Below, one piece after another: positions 9,425 through 23,189 of a DNA stretch of 64,000 nucleotides; the first letter of the stretch is position 1, and every line of letters starts with the position of its first letter. The stretch covers positions 372,001 to 436,000 of the forward strand of contig NC_043007.1 in NCBI RefSeq assembly GCF_006345805.1, given 5' to 3'. The notes under the pieces were generated by a model, which had not been told where the DNA came from, did no database searches, and saw only the letters and a list, made by a program, of their open reading frames with translations. This DNA comes from Octopus sinensis (lineage: Eukaryota). A program made the translations under genes and the position numbers.

Positions 9425-11129
9425 GTATGTATGTACCTATAACGGTTGTCTACTCGAGACCGAAGAACCCCACCTTCACCAACTGATACATTTTGTTGTG
9501 CGTTTTCGAGCAGCTCACTTAAATTTAGCAAGAATATGGTTATTTTTTTCCGAAAATATGAACTTCTTGTCTACTTGTTTCCTCCATCGGTGACAATGGT
9601 AAGCATTGCTTTCCCAGTTGACCTCCCCTACTTTTAACGCTTACATGCTTTCAGCGAATACATACATGCATGTATCTATATCTATATCCCTCCATCCATC
9701 CCACCATCTATCTACCTAAGCAATGTATGTATGTATTTATGCATGCGTATGTGTGTGTGCGTGCGCATTTTTTCTCTATCGTCTGCCATTGCGCTTTGCA
9801 GTAAACCAAAGGAAGAGAACACTATATACTATAAAAAGACGCAGTAACTGCATAAAATACGCACTAATATTCATTGAATCATCTAAAGTATCTTACTAAC
9901 ATGCATAATCCCATTGCACAGAAGCAGTTTTGTGAGATAATTATATGAAATCAAATCTCATGTGTATGTATGAGTCCTCCAACATCAAATTGAGAAGAAA
10001 TTGCTTTGCTGTTGTTGTTGTTGTCGTCTTCTTTTATGTTTCCCTTTACGGAATTGGAGTTAAGAAATGAAGCAGTGTTTATTGGATACAGTTCGTTGTA
10101 GATCCAGGTTTGATGCTATAAATAGAATAATCGAAACCAGCTAAATGTGGAAAATAGAAATGACAAATGTTAATAACGTTATTAAGGTTAGCAGATTTTT
10201 TGTTTTTATTTTTAATCAAAATTTAACAATTTGCATTTGATTGATTCCCCAAATAACAAAATTAAGTTGAATATATCATGTCAAATTTATATTTTATATT
10301 TTATAATTTTTTGTTCATTACGACAGGCCTAGTAATTATATGTGAATTAGCGATCAGGTGAGAGGTATGCTCTTGGGTAACAGTGATTATAAAGCGTCAT
10401 TGTATCTCTGTTGCTGTAGAAATATTTGCTTTGTTGATACCACGAATTCCTTTGAGAATAATCATAAACAGCAAACGATTATTTCTAATTAGAGGATCAA
10501 TATCAACCATGGCTGCAGGGGATGATTTACTTCATAGAAAAGAGAAGATTGTGACAAGGTTTTTTTAACCTGGTTTAAAGACATTTGACATCATTTACGA
10601 CGCCATAATCACTGGGGAATGAATAATTGCCCTATTCAATATTTTATCAGATTTTAAAATTGTGTTGTGGCTTTCTTTTCTAGTCAAAGAAAAACCAGCA
10701 TTATAAGTGCCTTAAAATTCGTTTGGTGAAGGCACGCGCCTTATTGATTAGGTTTTTCAAACCATTATCATGTGGTTGTGGTTAAAAGTCTTGAAATAGA
10801 CGAAGCAGTCAATCTTTGAGCAAAGGATTTCACGTTGCGTTGCTCAGATTTACTCGGCAGTACTGAGTACCAGCCGGATGCTGCTGCAACAGTCTCTTCC
10901 TTCAGGTACCATTTCATGGGCAGTCTGATTGGTCAACTGTGGAAGCTAAGTATGTGCCTATGGATGCTCATGACTGCCCTCTGTATGACTTAAAATGGCA
11001 TTCACTAGTGGCACACTGATTTAGGTGTTCTGGGTTTTTAAGGTATGTCAAATCACTTCTAAGCTACCATGGTTCCTAAGCCTACTCTGATATGGAGTAG
11101 TAGAACATGTCAGAGCCTCAGCTATGGGA

Positions 11130-11229
11130 NNNNNNNNNNNNNNNNNNNNNNNNNNNNNNNNNNNNNNNNNNNNNNNNNNNNNNNNNNNNNNNNNNNNNNN
11201 NNNNNNNNNNNNNNNNNNNNNNNNNNNNN
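11130..11229. other. Assembly gap (100 N)
   Basis: Run of exactly 100 N, typical of a scaffolding placeholder of unknown size. Confidence 0.99.
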
Positions 11230-11672
11230 AGCATCTAAACACGCTGCAGAATAATACGTAATCCATGCGAACACACTGCAATATACGACTTCATAAAGCA
11301 CATATTAATTTGAATATGAAGGTTTCACGTGTTACATGAGCAGTCATTTTGAAAATTTAGCAAACTGTGGCGCCTGAGATATATGTTATGTTGAGGAACA
11401 AATGCCAGACGAAGAACGAAACCTAAGTACAACATGTGCACGCTAATTCTCTTCGAGAATATATCGTTGATATTATCGTTGCTGTTGTATTTCCAAATTT
11501 GGCCAAATGCCTTTCTTTCAATATTTACTTTTGCTTGCAATAGCCGGCTCTTTTGGTTAATCTATCATACCTCCGGCTGCTTCAGATGCCAAGATATCAA
11601 AACTTGTCAAAGTGTAGCAGAACGGTTTTGCTATGGAATGGTGAATGTGCTCTCAAATGCACATTTAGCGAA

Positions 11673-11878
11673 TACCTATTTCTTTACTGCCCACAAGGGG
11701 CGACACACAGAGGGGACAAACAAGGACAGACAAACGGATTAAGTCGATTATATCGACCCCAGTGCGTAACCCTGAAAGAATGAAAGTTGACCTCGGCGAA
11801 ATTTGAACTCAGAACGTAGCGGCAGACGAAATAAGCATTTCACCTGGCGTGCTAACATTTCTGCCAGTTCGCCGCCTT
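11673..11878 (-). mobile_element. tRNA-derived SINE family S2, partly deleted
   Basis: Reverse complement of the head GGCGGCGAGCTGGCAGAAACGTTAGCACGCC plus the family tail ...AGTAAAGAAATAGGTA. The central S2 motif GTCGACTTTGCCTTTCATCCTTTCGGGGTCGATAAA resembles the MetaSINE-type domain (from memory, unverified). Confidence 0.8.
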
Positions 11879-12568
11879 TAAAAGTAGGAGGAAGTATCTT
11901 TTTTACTCTAGACACAAGGCCCGACATTTTTGTGGAGGTGGGCCGTCGATTACATAGTCCCCAGTAAGCCCCTTAATTTATCAACCTCGTAATGATGAAT
12001 GGCAAAGTCGATCTCGGCGGTAGCGCATTCGTGTAATGTATAACATATAATAAATGAATTATTGAGATCTAAAACTCTAGAGTATGAAGCTGATATTTAT
12101 TTTAATATATGTACATATAGATTGTACTGTTTCAAATATAATTAAATTTTCATATAATTTACTTTGCCAAATCTCAATATATCGATCACTAGCGTGACAT
12201 TAACATTCATGTATCAATAAGACACAATATTCTTTAATTCCTTTATTCATTTATACTCCTACTCGTATTCGTAATTGGATTCAGCTAACCTAAGTCACCG
12301 CTTTAATGGTTTTTTTGTGATCAAATCTTCCCTAGTATTGTTTAAGTAAGTCTCGTATGTAACCATTTCTATTTTTGGAATTTATTTCTATTTTTATTTG
12401 TATTTTTATTAGACCTTTATTTTATATACTTTATGAGAAAGTAAGACACACAAATGTCGGCACACACACGCAATCTTGGATGTGTGTGTGTGTGTGGGCG
12501 TATGTATCTCTCTCCTCTCTTTTACTCACTCCTCTCTCTGTCTCTGTCTCTCTTTCTCTCTCTCTCTC

Positions 12569-12602
<34 letters not shown>

Positions 12603-12689
12603 CTTTTATTTTCTAGGTGCAATCCCATGCTCAGTCGTGACCGACGCGGGGATCACAATATATATATATATATATTCTTTTACTTTTCC

Positions 12690-12894
12690 ACGTCTCAGTG
12701 ATTTCCCTGCAACCATGCAGAAACACATCCTGCAGTCGAACAGGACTTTTCTTTGTAAATCTAGTACTTTTTCTATCGGTCTCTTTTGCCGAGCCGCTAA
12801 ATTGCAGGGACGCAAAAACACCAACATCGATTGCCAAGCGACGTTGAGGGTATAATCACAGACACATACATACATACATACATACATACATACC

Positions 12895-12944
<50 letters not shown>

Positions 12945-13132
12945 TATATATATATATATATATATATGTCGATATATACGACAGGCTTCTTTCAGTTTCC
13001 TCTCCAAATCCACTCACCAGGCTTTGGTCGGCCCGAGGCTATAGTAGAAGACACTTGCCCAGGTACCATCAGTGGGACTGAACCCGGAACCATGTGGTTT
13101 GGAAGCAAGCTTCTTATCACAGAGACATGGCT
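12690..13132 (-). mobile_element. tRNA-derived CORE-like SINE family S3 with internal microsatellite
   Basis: Minus-strand head GGTTCCGGGTTCAGTCCCACT and CORE-like CTGGGCAAGTGTCTTCTACTATAGCCTCGGGCCGACC, then a CA/TA tract, then the family tail. Confidence 0.8.
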
Positions 13133-13583
13133 GATATATATATATATCTATAATATATATATATATATATATATATTACAGCTGAGTGGACTGGAGCAAC
13201 GGAATTGAAGTATTTTGCACAAGAGTATCGCTCGCACACCCCGGTCTAGGAATTGAAACGAGGAACTCACGACTGTGAATGCAAACACATCTAACCACTA
13301 AGCCACGTGTGTGGTGTGTATGTGTGTGTGTGTATACTTACATAGTTGATGTATACCATCGGCTTTTAGGGTCCACTCTTTTTAAGGCATAGGCTGCTAT
13401 TGGGATAAAAGAAGGACCTGTATGTCATTTGCTGATTTCTCGCTTATTTCAACTGTGCAACATTCCATTTCGTATTCTCTCCCCCATCTGGTATCATACT
13501 GATGGTCTATAAGATCTCCCATTTCAGAACCGTCTAACAATGCTGTGTATTTAATTTTAATTTCAATTTTTTTTACCCTATAG

Positions 13584-13633
13584 ATTACCAGCGTAATGAG
13601 AAGAAAGACAAAAAAGCAGTTCGGCCCTTTAAA
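13584..13633 (+). other. Putative 50-nt exon (duplicated at 15479-15528)
   Basis: Acceptor TTTTTTTTACCCTATAG and possible donor AAA|GTCAGC. Open frame YQRNEKKDKKAVRPFK. No recognised homology. Confidence 0.2.
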
Positions 13634-13753
13634 GTCAGCGTGCTCCCAGTCTAATAAGCAGTTAGTACGATCACTTCATTGTTCCCGCTGCCTTCATGTG
13701 TTTCACTCTGTTATTGAAATTTACCATTAAGCATTCCCTGGCGTTGTCTACAC

Positions 13754-13998
13754 CAGTAGTCCTCAACCAGGGTCGATATGCTTTTTGTGGATCCAAATCA
13801 GATTTTGCTGCTAAAATTTACGTGCAATAAATTGGTTATTCGTCTAAAATACATCAACTATTTTATATATTGTTTTGCAATTCTTAATAAAATTGGATTA
13901 TGAAAATAAAGTAAGATTTACGAATGTCTGTGGCAGTCCAGTAGATTCCAAATAGGAATCGAAGGGATGTACAGGCATGAAATGTTTGAGGGCCGCTG
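13754..13998. mobile_element. Old hAT (Charlie-like) MITE; second copy at 15649-15891
   Basis: Imperfect TIRs CAGTAGTCCTCAACC and GTTTGAGGGCCGCTG (11/15). Flanks GTCTACAC and GACTAGAT match 5/8 and resemble an NTCTAGAN-type 8-bp TSD. Confidence 0.5.
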
Positions 13999-14559
13999 GA
14001 CTAGATTTGACACACTACCCTGTGATTTTGTTCACTTCCTCCCCTGTAATCTAATTTAACTCTCCCTTGGTCATTCCCAACTGACGTCTCCATAGTACTA
14101 ACTTCTTTTTCATTACCCCACACCCCTCCCTCTTTTCATCTTTCCATCCCCCTGTGTTTCCTTTCTTCCACTCCGCTCCCTTTCAATTTATATATTGATA
14201 AAAACTTCTACGAGAAGCCACTTTTAGTCACATTTTTTCCGGTGAGGATTACCTGACTTTGCGAATGGTGCAATTGGAACGTATTCCATACACCTACAAC
14301 CATTATGTCTTTATACGTAATCAATAGGATTACAACATAAGCCATGATTCACCCGAAACAGCTGTTAGTTGTCAGCATTAGGCTCCTACGTCAAGCTTCG
14401 GTTTATTTTCGTCTTCTTTATCACGCACTCTGTTTTAAATTATATATCAATAACTCATTACGCCTCTTGCGTTTATCTGCGTTCTACTAATACTTACATA
14501 CACACACAACACACACACACATATACACACATATACATATACATATATAATATTATATA

Positions 14560-14594
<35 letters not shown>

Positions 14595-14760
14595 GTTTGT
14601 AGATATATATATACATATATATATAAATACATATATACATATTATGTACATATATATAACACATCTATATTCATGTGTATATACACACACACACATATAT
14701 ATATGTATGTATATATGTATATACTATGAATATATATGTATATATATAGTATATATATAA

Positions 14761-14805
<45 letters not shown>

Positions 14806-14881
14806 ATATACCTATGTATGTCTATATATATATGTATGTATAAATATATGTATGTATAAATGTATGTATATATATATGTGT

Positions 14882-14924
<43 letters not shown>

Positions 14925-14950
14925 GCATCTATGTATAAATATAGAGAGAC

Positions 14951-16444
14951 GGGACTGAACCCGGAACCATGTGGTTTGGAAGCAAGCTTCTTATCACAGA
15001 GACATGGCTGATATATATATATATATATATATTATATTATATATAATTATATATTATATATATATATAATAATATATACAGCTGAGTGGGCTGGAGCACG
15101 GGAATGAAGTATTTTGCACAAGAGTAACTCGCACACCCGGTCTAGGAATTGAAACGAGGAACTCACGACTGTGAATGCAAACACATCTAACCACTAAGCC
15201 ACTGTGTGTGTGTGTATGTATGTGTGTGTATACTTACATAGTTGATGTATACCATCGGCTTTTAGGGTCCACTCTTTTTAAGGCATAGGCTGCTATTGGG
15301 ATAAAAGAAGGACCTGTATGTCATTTGCTGATTTCTCGCTTATTTCAACTGTGCAACATTCCATTTCGTATTCTCTCCCCCATCTGGTATCATACTGATG
15401 GTCTATAAGATCTCCCATTTCAGAACCGTCTAACAATGCTGTGTATTTAATTTTAATTTCAATTTTTTTACCCTATAGATTACCAGCGTAATGAGAAGAA
15501 AGACAAAAAAGCAGTTCGGCCCTTTAAAGTCAGCGTGCTCCCAGTCTAATAAGCAGTTAGTACGATCACTTCATTGTTCCCGCTGCCTTCATGTGTTTCA
15601 CTCTGTTATTGAAATTTACCATTAAGCATTCCCTGGCGTTGTCTACACCAGTAGTCCTCAACCAGGGTCGATATGCTTTTTGTGGATCCAAATCAGATTT
15701 TGCTGCTAAAATTTACGTGCAATAAATTGGTTATTCGTCTAAAATACATCACATATTTATATATGTTTTTGCAATTCTTAATAAAATGGATTATGAAAAT
15801 AAAGTAAGATTTACGAATGTCTGTGGCAGTCCAGTAGATTCCAAATAGGAATCGAAGGGATGTACAGGCATGAAATGTTTGAAGGCCGCTGGACTAGATT
15901 GACACACTACCCTGTGATTTTGTTCACTTTCCTCCCCCCTGTAATCTAATTTAACTCTCCCTTGGTCATTCCCAACTGACGTCTCCATAGTACTAACTTC
16001 TTTTCATTACCCCACCCCCCCCTCTTTTCTTTTCATCTTCCATCCCCCTGTGTTTCCTTTGTTTCAACTCCGCTCCCTTTCACTTATATATTGATAAAAA
16101 CTTCTACGAGAAGCCACTTTTAGTCACATTTTTTCCGGTGAGGATTACCTGACTTTGCCGAATGGTTCAATTGGAACGTATTCCATACACCTACAACATT
16201 ATGGGTCTTTATTACGTAATCAATAGGATTACAACATAAGCCATGATTCACCCGAAACAGCTGTTAGTTGTCAGCATTAGGCTCCTACGTCAAGCATTCG
16301 GTTTATTTCGTCTTCTTTATCACGCACTCTGTTTTAAATTCCATATATCAATAAACTCATTACGCCTACTTGCGTTTATCTGCGTTTCTACTAATACTTA
16401 CATACACACAACACACACACACATATACACACACATATACATAT

Positions 16445-16480
<36 letters not shown>

Positions 16481-16754
16481 TGTAGATATATATATATAGA
16501 AATACATATATACATATAAATACATATATACATGTACATATATATATACACATATATATTCATGTGTATATACACACACACACATATATATATGTATGTA
16601 TATATGTATACATATGAATATATAGTGTATATATATGTATATATTATAATTATATATGTATATATATATATATATATGTATGTATATATACATATGTATG
16701 TATAATATATATGTATGTATAAATATATGTATGTATAAATGTATGTATATATAG

Positions 16755-16817
<63 letters not shown>

Positions 16818-16857
16818 ATATATATACACATGCATCTATGTATAAATATAGAGAGAC
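14951..16857 (+). repeat. Copy 2 of the ~1.9-kb tandem segmental duplication
   Basis: Starts GGGACTGAACCCGG directly after copy 1. Differs mostly by small indels and microsatellite length. Confidence 0.9.
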
Positions 16858-17439
16858 GTACACACGTTTATACATTCATATACGTTTGTGTGTACACCTA
16901 TCTACATCCATTTCATTGTTAATAATTCAGAGCAAAAAAATGATTTTACATTGTGTTACCGGGTGTATACAGTATGTGCTTTCAATTCATATCCGTGTTT
17001 TCTTCTCCTTTAATATCCATTATTTTGTATGAGATATTAAGCATATATAAATATAAATATATATATATAATTATATTTCGAATTAAGTATACGACAATAC
17101 ACACAGAATAATATTGTTGATTGTTGATGTTTATTGCGACACAAATGGAATTCTTTTCACTTGTCTATTTTTCCTTTTTTTTTCTTTCGACGTGAAAACG
17201 AAGTTATCGTTTCCTGGAAGCAAGTGTGAATCTATTGATTACATTTAGTACTAAATAAGATATGATGTTCTTTCAGGCCACAATAAACCTGGATTTTTCT
17301 AATAACAACCACAACAACAACAACAATAGCTACAACAACCATGAGCTTTGCGGTTTCTTTTATTTTAGTTTTTTTTCTTCTCTTTTTTATTTATGTGTTT
17401 GTCAGACAATAATACCTTGCGTTGTTGATCAGTTGCCAT

Positions 17440-18090
17440 TGTCGTCATCGTCGTCGTAGTAATAGAAGTGTTGGTGGTGGTGGTGGTGGCGGCGGTGGAG
17501 GTGGTGGTGGTGGTGGTGGCGGCGGCGGTAGTGGTGGTGGTGGTGGTGGTGGTGGTGGTGGTAGTGGTGGCAGCAATCACTGAGATTTTTCTGGTCTCGG
17601 TAGTAACCGAAATGTTGCTGGTCAACGACGTCAAACATCATCATCAGCAGCAAAAATAACTTCTTCCTTATCGTCGTCATCATCATCATCTGCGTCGTCG
17701 TCGTCGTTGTCATTATCTTCATTATCGACGTCGTCATCGTCATCATCATCATCATTACCATAATCATCGTCGTCATCATAATCATCGTCTTCTTCACCAC
17801 CCCTCCTTCACCGTCACCGCCATCTATACCCTTCGTCCTACCATCGCCACCAACATCTCCATCTTCCTGCTAATCTTCCTCCTCCTCCATTTCCTCCTCC
17901 TCCATCACCTCCTCCACATCCTTCTCTTCCTCCTCTACTTCTCTTTCTCCTCTACTTACCCTTCCTCTTCCTCTGAATCCTCTTTCCTCTCCTCTTCTAC
18001 CCCTTCCTCTTCCCTTCCACTTCCTCATTCCTTGCTCCCCCTCCGCCCCCTTCTCATTCACATATTCCCCCTCCTCTCCTCATCATATTC
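17440..18090. repeat. Compound trinucleotide microsatellite (GGT/CGT/CAT then CCT/CTT)
   Basis: Visible runs of GGT, GTC, CAT and a purine-poor CCT/CTT tract. Confidence 0.9.
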
Positions 18091-18633
18091 ATATTCTTAG
18101 TCAACGTGCCACGCCTCCCCTCGTCATCCTCTCGACGTCCTTTTGAAGCTGGAGCTGACAATAGAAATAGCAGCCAAATCGGATTCGGACTTCATACTCT
18201 GCGGTCTTATCGAAGCATAAGACGACGTATTGAATAATGTAGTCCTGATTAAGCTTGGATGGTCATGACTGAAATCAGAGACAATGTCTTTGACAACAGG
18301 CTCACTTAATTAATCGCTGACCAGGTCCCATAGACGATAGCCACAACTTCTTTTCGCCCCTCATTTTCCCCCTTCTCTTCTTCCCAAAAAGAAAAGTTCT
18401 ACTTTGTATTTTGTTCCTTCTGTGTTTAGCCCCGCATGGCCAATAAAGAAATCTATATATTTCTAAACCTGTAGAGTTTTAAATCTATTAATTCACCAAA
18501 GTGATGATAAAAAATATATCAAATATGAGACTATTATGTGGTAAACGAGGACTATTTTTTTATTTGTAGAAATGGTTTCAGTCATTGGAATATGGCCATG
18601 ATGGGTCACTGTTTTCACTGTTTTCGACATATT

Positions 18634-18846
18634 CTTTTCTACTCTAGGCACAAGGGCTGAAATATTGGCGGAGTGGGCCAGTCGCTTAGATTGACTCCAG
18701 TACACAACTGGTACTTATTTAATCGACCCCGAAAGGATGAAAGGCAAAGTCGACCTCGGCGGAATTTGAACTCAGAACGTAAAAACTGACGAAATACCGT
18801 TTAGAATTTCGCCCGGCGTGCTAACGATTCTGCCAGCTCGATGCCT
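18634..18846 (-). mobile_element. SINE family S2
   Basis: TTTAATCGACCCCGAAAGGATGAAAGGCAAAGTCGACCTCGGCGGAATTTGAACTCAGAACG followed by the head reverse complement. Confidence 0.85.
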
Positions 18847-19267
18847 TCTTACAGATATTAATCAAAGTAATGCTAATAATTGAGGCTTGAGTAATGATCG
18901 GCGTATTTGTTCACGTCACAAGATCGATCAATGACCTAAATCTGGAGTAATTTTCCATAAACAAATTTCATTTGCTCATAATAATAGTTTTATGAAATTA
19001 CTTCACAATTCCGAACGGTTTCAAGAACGAATGATAAGATTTTTCAGTTTACCTTCTTCAACAGTTGACAATGCGCACAGACTTATGCACACGGCACACT
19101 CCCACACGTGCACGCGCGTGATCTCACACGTACACACTCACATATGAGTATGTGTGTGTATCTGTGTGTGTGTGTGTGTGTATGCGTGCGTACATTTGTT
19201 AGCAAATTGAAAAATGAAGAAATGTGTGTTTAAAATTTTACATATGAATAACAAAACTCAGGTACAC

Positions 19268-19338
19268 ATGTATGTATGTATGTATGTATGTATGTATGTA
19301 TGTATGTATGTATGTATGTATGTATGTTTGTATGTATG

Positions 19339-19369
<31 letters not shown>

Positions 19370-19720
19370 TGTATATATGTATGTATGTATGTACGTATGT
19401 GTGTGTATGTATGTATGTATGCATGTATGTATGTATGTATGTATGTATGTATGTATGTATGTATGTATGTATGTATGTATTATGTATGTATGTATGTATG
19501 TATGTATGTATGTATGCATGTATGTATGTATGTATGTATGTATTATGTATGTATGTATGTATGTATGTATGTATGTATGAATGTATGTATGTATGTATGT
19601 ATGTTTGTATGTATGCATGTATGAATGTATGTATGTATGTATGTATGTTTGTATGTATGTATGTACGTATGAATGTATATATATATATGTATGTATGTAG
19701 GTATGTATGTATGTATGCAA
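19268..19720. repeat. Long (TATG)n tetranucleotide microsatellite
   Basis: About 450 bp of TATG repeats with few interruptions. Confidence 0.95.
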
Positions 19721-20074
19721 GCATGCATGTATCTGTCTATCTATCCATCTATTTCTTTCTTTCTCTTTCTCTCTCACTCTTTCTCACTTTGTCTCTCTCT
19801 GCATTTATAGCCATCCAGAGACGCTTTCTCTCTGTATCTTACAAAGATTTCTGGTTGTTTATAAATATTATATATAATATTAGACAGTTCAAGTTTCATA
19901 GTAGAATTTGGCTGAAAGTGATGGTGGAGCGTTTGGCCCAACCAGAGTACATGTAGCCGTGTAAGCTTGATATGTGGGTTCGATTCTGGCTAGGGTTAAC
20001 TTATCTTTTTTCAATCAATTTCACTTTAAATCGGAGAATATATATTATCATAGCTCAGTGGCTAGGGTGCTGCC

Positions 20075-20119
<45 letters not shown>

Positions 20120-20122
<3 letters not shown>

Positions 20123-20280
20123 GACAGGCTTCTTTCATTTTCCGCCTAGCAAATTCACTCACAAAGCTTTGGTCGGCCCGAAGCTATAATAGAAGAGATT
20201 CACCGAAAGTGCCACGTAGTGGGGCCGAACCCGAAACCATGTGGTTGATAAGCAAGCTTCTTACTACACAGCCACATCCG
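20120..20280 (-). mobile_element. SINE family S3, 5' half
   Basis: GACAGGCTTCTTTCATTTTCCG...CCCGAAACCATGTGGTTGATAAGCAAGCTTCTTACTACACAGCCA matches the other S3 copies. Confidence 0.8.
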
Positions 20281-21342
20281 CGCCTTTATTTCGCTGAACT
20301 CAGAAATAGGAAATAAGAAAACCAAAATTCACTTTAGTGGGATTTGAACTCACCGCATAAGTGATCGTATCTTAATACCGAATGATTTATTGTCGAAAGA
20401 TTTAACAACTCTGCCAACTGAACAATCCTTTATATTCAATGGAAATGTCATATTATCTAATCCTTAATTCAACTGAAATATTCAGGAGCTTTTGCTTAGC
20501 TCCGGTTTGATGGCTTTAAATGGAAGCAATATAAATATTTTAATGGATTAGACACCCCTCTGTTATAGGTGACATTCCCTGAGGATCAACAGAAATCCGA
20601 GCATGAACTCCGAATTCTTTGATCAGTTTGTCAAATAATCAATAATTATGTTATAATAAGTGAGACCCATTAATGTTCGAGTCTGCTATTGAGGGACGTT
20701 GATATAATCTGAATCAAAACCAGGAGAATTATTAACACGTTTAAGAGTGGTTGATTAGCAGAATAATTAGAATGCCAAAATGGCTGTAGATATGGGGACG
20801 TAAATAGACCTAGGACGACTGTCAAGCGGCAGTGGGGATCAAACCGAAGGATGTTAATGCTTGATGGAAATCTAATTGTACCAGTATTAGTTCCGATATT
20901 TTTTTAGCAAACCGAAAGTATGAAAAACGTTATGGACTGTTGTGGGATTTGAACTAAGAGCGCAGAGATCTGAAACATATAAAACGACGCATTTGATCAA
21001 ACGTTTTAACAACACTGCCAGCCCATCTCGTTTGATTTTTGTCTAAAATATGAATATCCGTATGTAAATATTTATCAGTAGTGCACTAAACAGTAAGGTG
21101 AGTGACAGATATTTATCTAGTTTCCCCCGAAAGCAAAATCTGTTCTCACAATGTCCAGACGAAAGCAAGGAATGATTTAATGAAATTCATGCAAAGATCA
21201 TATCACCAATATTAAAACACACTATCAAATATAATAGTTGAAATGTCGCTAGTAAAATATTATAAAACGTAACCTTTCATGTTCGTAGGAAAAGAGGCGA
21301 TATGGGTATCTTATGAAATGTTTTTTATATATAAAATTATAT

Positions 21343-21383
<41 letters not shown>

Positions 21384-21961
21384 ATGCTTAAATATGGCCC
21401 CAGTTGGTTAGTTTAATGAAATGATTCACGAATGCTGTTTCGTCGTGTGGAATACATTTCTAACAAAGAAGCAATCTCTACAGTATCCGCAATGCGTCCA
21501 TGAGAAAATGAGAAAGACATTTGTTGGGCTTTTCAATTAACGAGACGATTTCAATGTGGCTTCATTTTGTTTGTCTAAAAAAAAGAAAAAAAAATATTGA
21601 TATTTATTGCACGCATTAGCGCAACCAAATTCCAAGTTTTGATTTTCCGTGATCAGAAGCATCATATTTGACTTCAGAGTAAGATAGAAGAGAAAAAAGA
21701 AAACTGCATTTCCCTGTGGCATCGGATAAATGTCATTGAAGCGTGATTGAAATTAAAATCAACAGAGAATCGACATCTATCGACATCTAGTCGCAACTCT
21801 TACTGCCGTGAGCTTATGCTTCTCTGTGGTTCTGTAGTTTATTTAACCACGACAGCAACGGCCATACTAGAACATCGCTTTCAAATTAGTTTTTACGTTG
21901 GTTTCTTTGAACTAAGAAACTTTCTTGTTGCCATTTCTGTTCTGTTTGTTTGTTTGTTTGT

Positions 21962-22326
21962 TTGTTGAGCGAAGCAGTCTTCGTCTCAGAGTGGGAGAAG
22001 CCCGAAATGTGGTCCTTTGCTATTCGTAAGACCCGCAGAAAAGAAAGCAGGTCAACCTCCGACACCGAGAGTATCGACGGATGGATGAATGCGCATCTAA
22101 GCTCAGCGGTTGCGTAGGAAGTCGGGGATAAGAAACAAGAAGAAAGAGTGAGAGAAAGTTGGAGCGAAAGAGTACAACAGGGGTCGCCACCACCCCCTGC
22201 CGGAGCCTCGTGGAGCTCTAGGTGTTTTCGCTCAATAAACACACACAACGCCCGGTCTGGGAATCGAAACCGCGATCCTCCGACCGCGAGTCCGCTGCCC
22301 TAACCACTGGGCCATTGCGCCTCCAC
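21962..22326 (-). mobile_element. SINE family S1, third tail type
   Basis: Reverse complement of the S1 head ends at 22326. The body matches to the GAAAGAGTACA region, then an unrelated tail follows. Confidence 0.85.
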
Positions 22327-22613
22327 TGCGATTTCTGTTGCTAAGCATAGCGCAAGTTATAATACAGGAGACCTAGAATGAAACTTCGTCTAGATATACT
22401 AAACCCGTGTTTTACAAATCTACTATACCTAGAATAATATTACCCGGAAAGCACCCGGGGTTTCCTTCTTGTCTTGTATTAGCGATAATACAATTGTTTG
22501 AAAAGGAGATTTAGTGGAATCGATTCAGGAAAAAAATTCAGTTAAACAAACCAAAGAAAAGACACAATCGTTAATTATACAACGCTCTAAGGTAGCACTT
22601 CACTATAAATTCA

Positions 22614-22843
22614 AGGCGGCGAGCTGGCAGAAACGTTAGCACGCCGGGCGAAATGCCTAGTGTATTTCGTCTGCCGTTACGTTCTGAGTTCAAATTCCGC
22701 CGAGGTCGACTTTGCCTTTCATATTTTCGGGGTCGATAAATTAAGTACCAGTTACGCACTGGGGTCGATATAATCGACTTAATCCGCTTGTCTGTCCTTG
22801 TTTGTCCCCTTTGTGTTTAGCCCCTTGTGGGTAGTAAAGAAAT
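22614..22843 (+). mobile_element. SINE family S2, full length
   Basis: Head AGGCGGCGAGCTGGCAGAAACG, B-box GAGTTCAAATTCC, central motif and tail GTAGTAAAGAAATA. Confidence 0.9.
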
Positions 22844-23189
22844 ATATAAATTTGGAAAAGCTCTAAAGAAATACAACGCAACTGTTTAGTATAGAATTAC
22901 AAACTGTTCCGTTTTCCATCTGAATGCCATTTGGAAGATTTCTAAATGAGCTTTTACATTTATACATCGGCAGCATATACTCACCTTCAAAGTACTTTAC
23001 CTGTTTAGGTATCATGAGTACATATATTTAGTGGTGAACCTAGTATATCTAAATTTTATATATTCATTTATAATCGAATAATCGATGAATTTGAGATGAT
23101 TATGTCAAATGGAATGAGTGTAAGAATGAGTAATTTTGTTACTAGTGTGATTAAATATGCAAATATTATACTTCAGGTGTGTCTCTTTA

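Larger units (their letters stand above)
13074..14950 (+). repeat. Copy 1 of a ~1.9-kb tandem segmental duplication
   Basis: Starts GGGACTGAACCCGG and ends ATAGAGAGAC. Colinear with 14951-16857. Confidence 0.9.

Noticed and set aside
9450-9604. Possible first exon ending ATG|GTAAGC at 9596-9604
   Set aside because: Only a donor-like hexamer, with no promoter or homology evidence.
10780-11129. GC-richer block before the gap with possible splice sites
   Set aside because: Short frames with stops and no recognisable domain. It is truncated by the gap.
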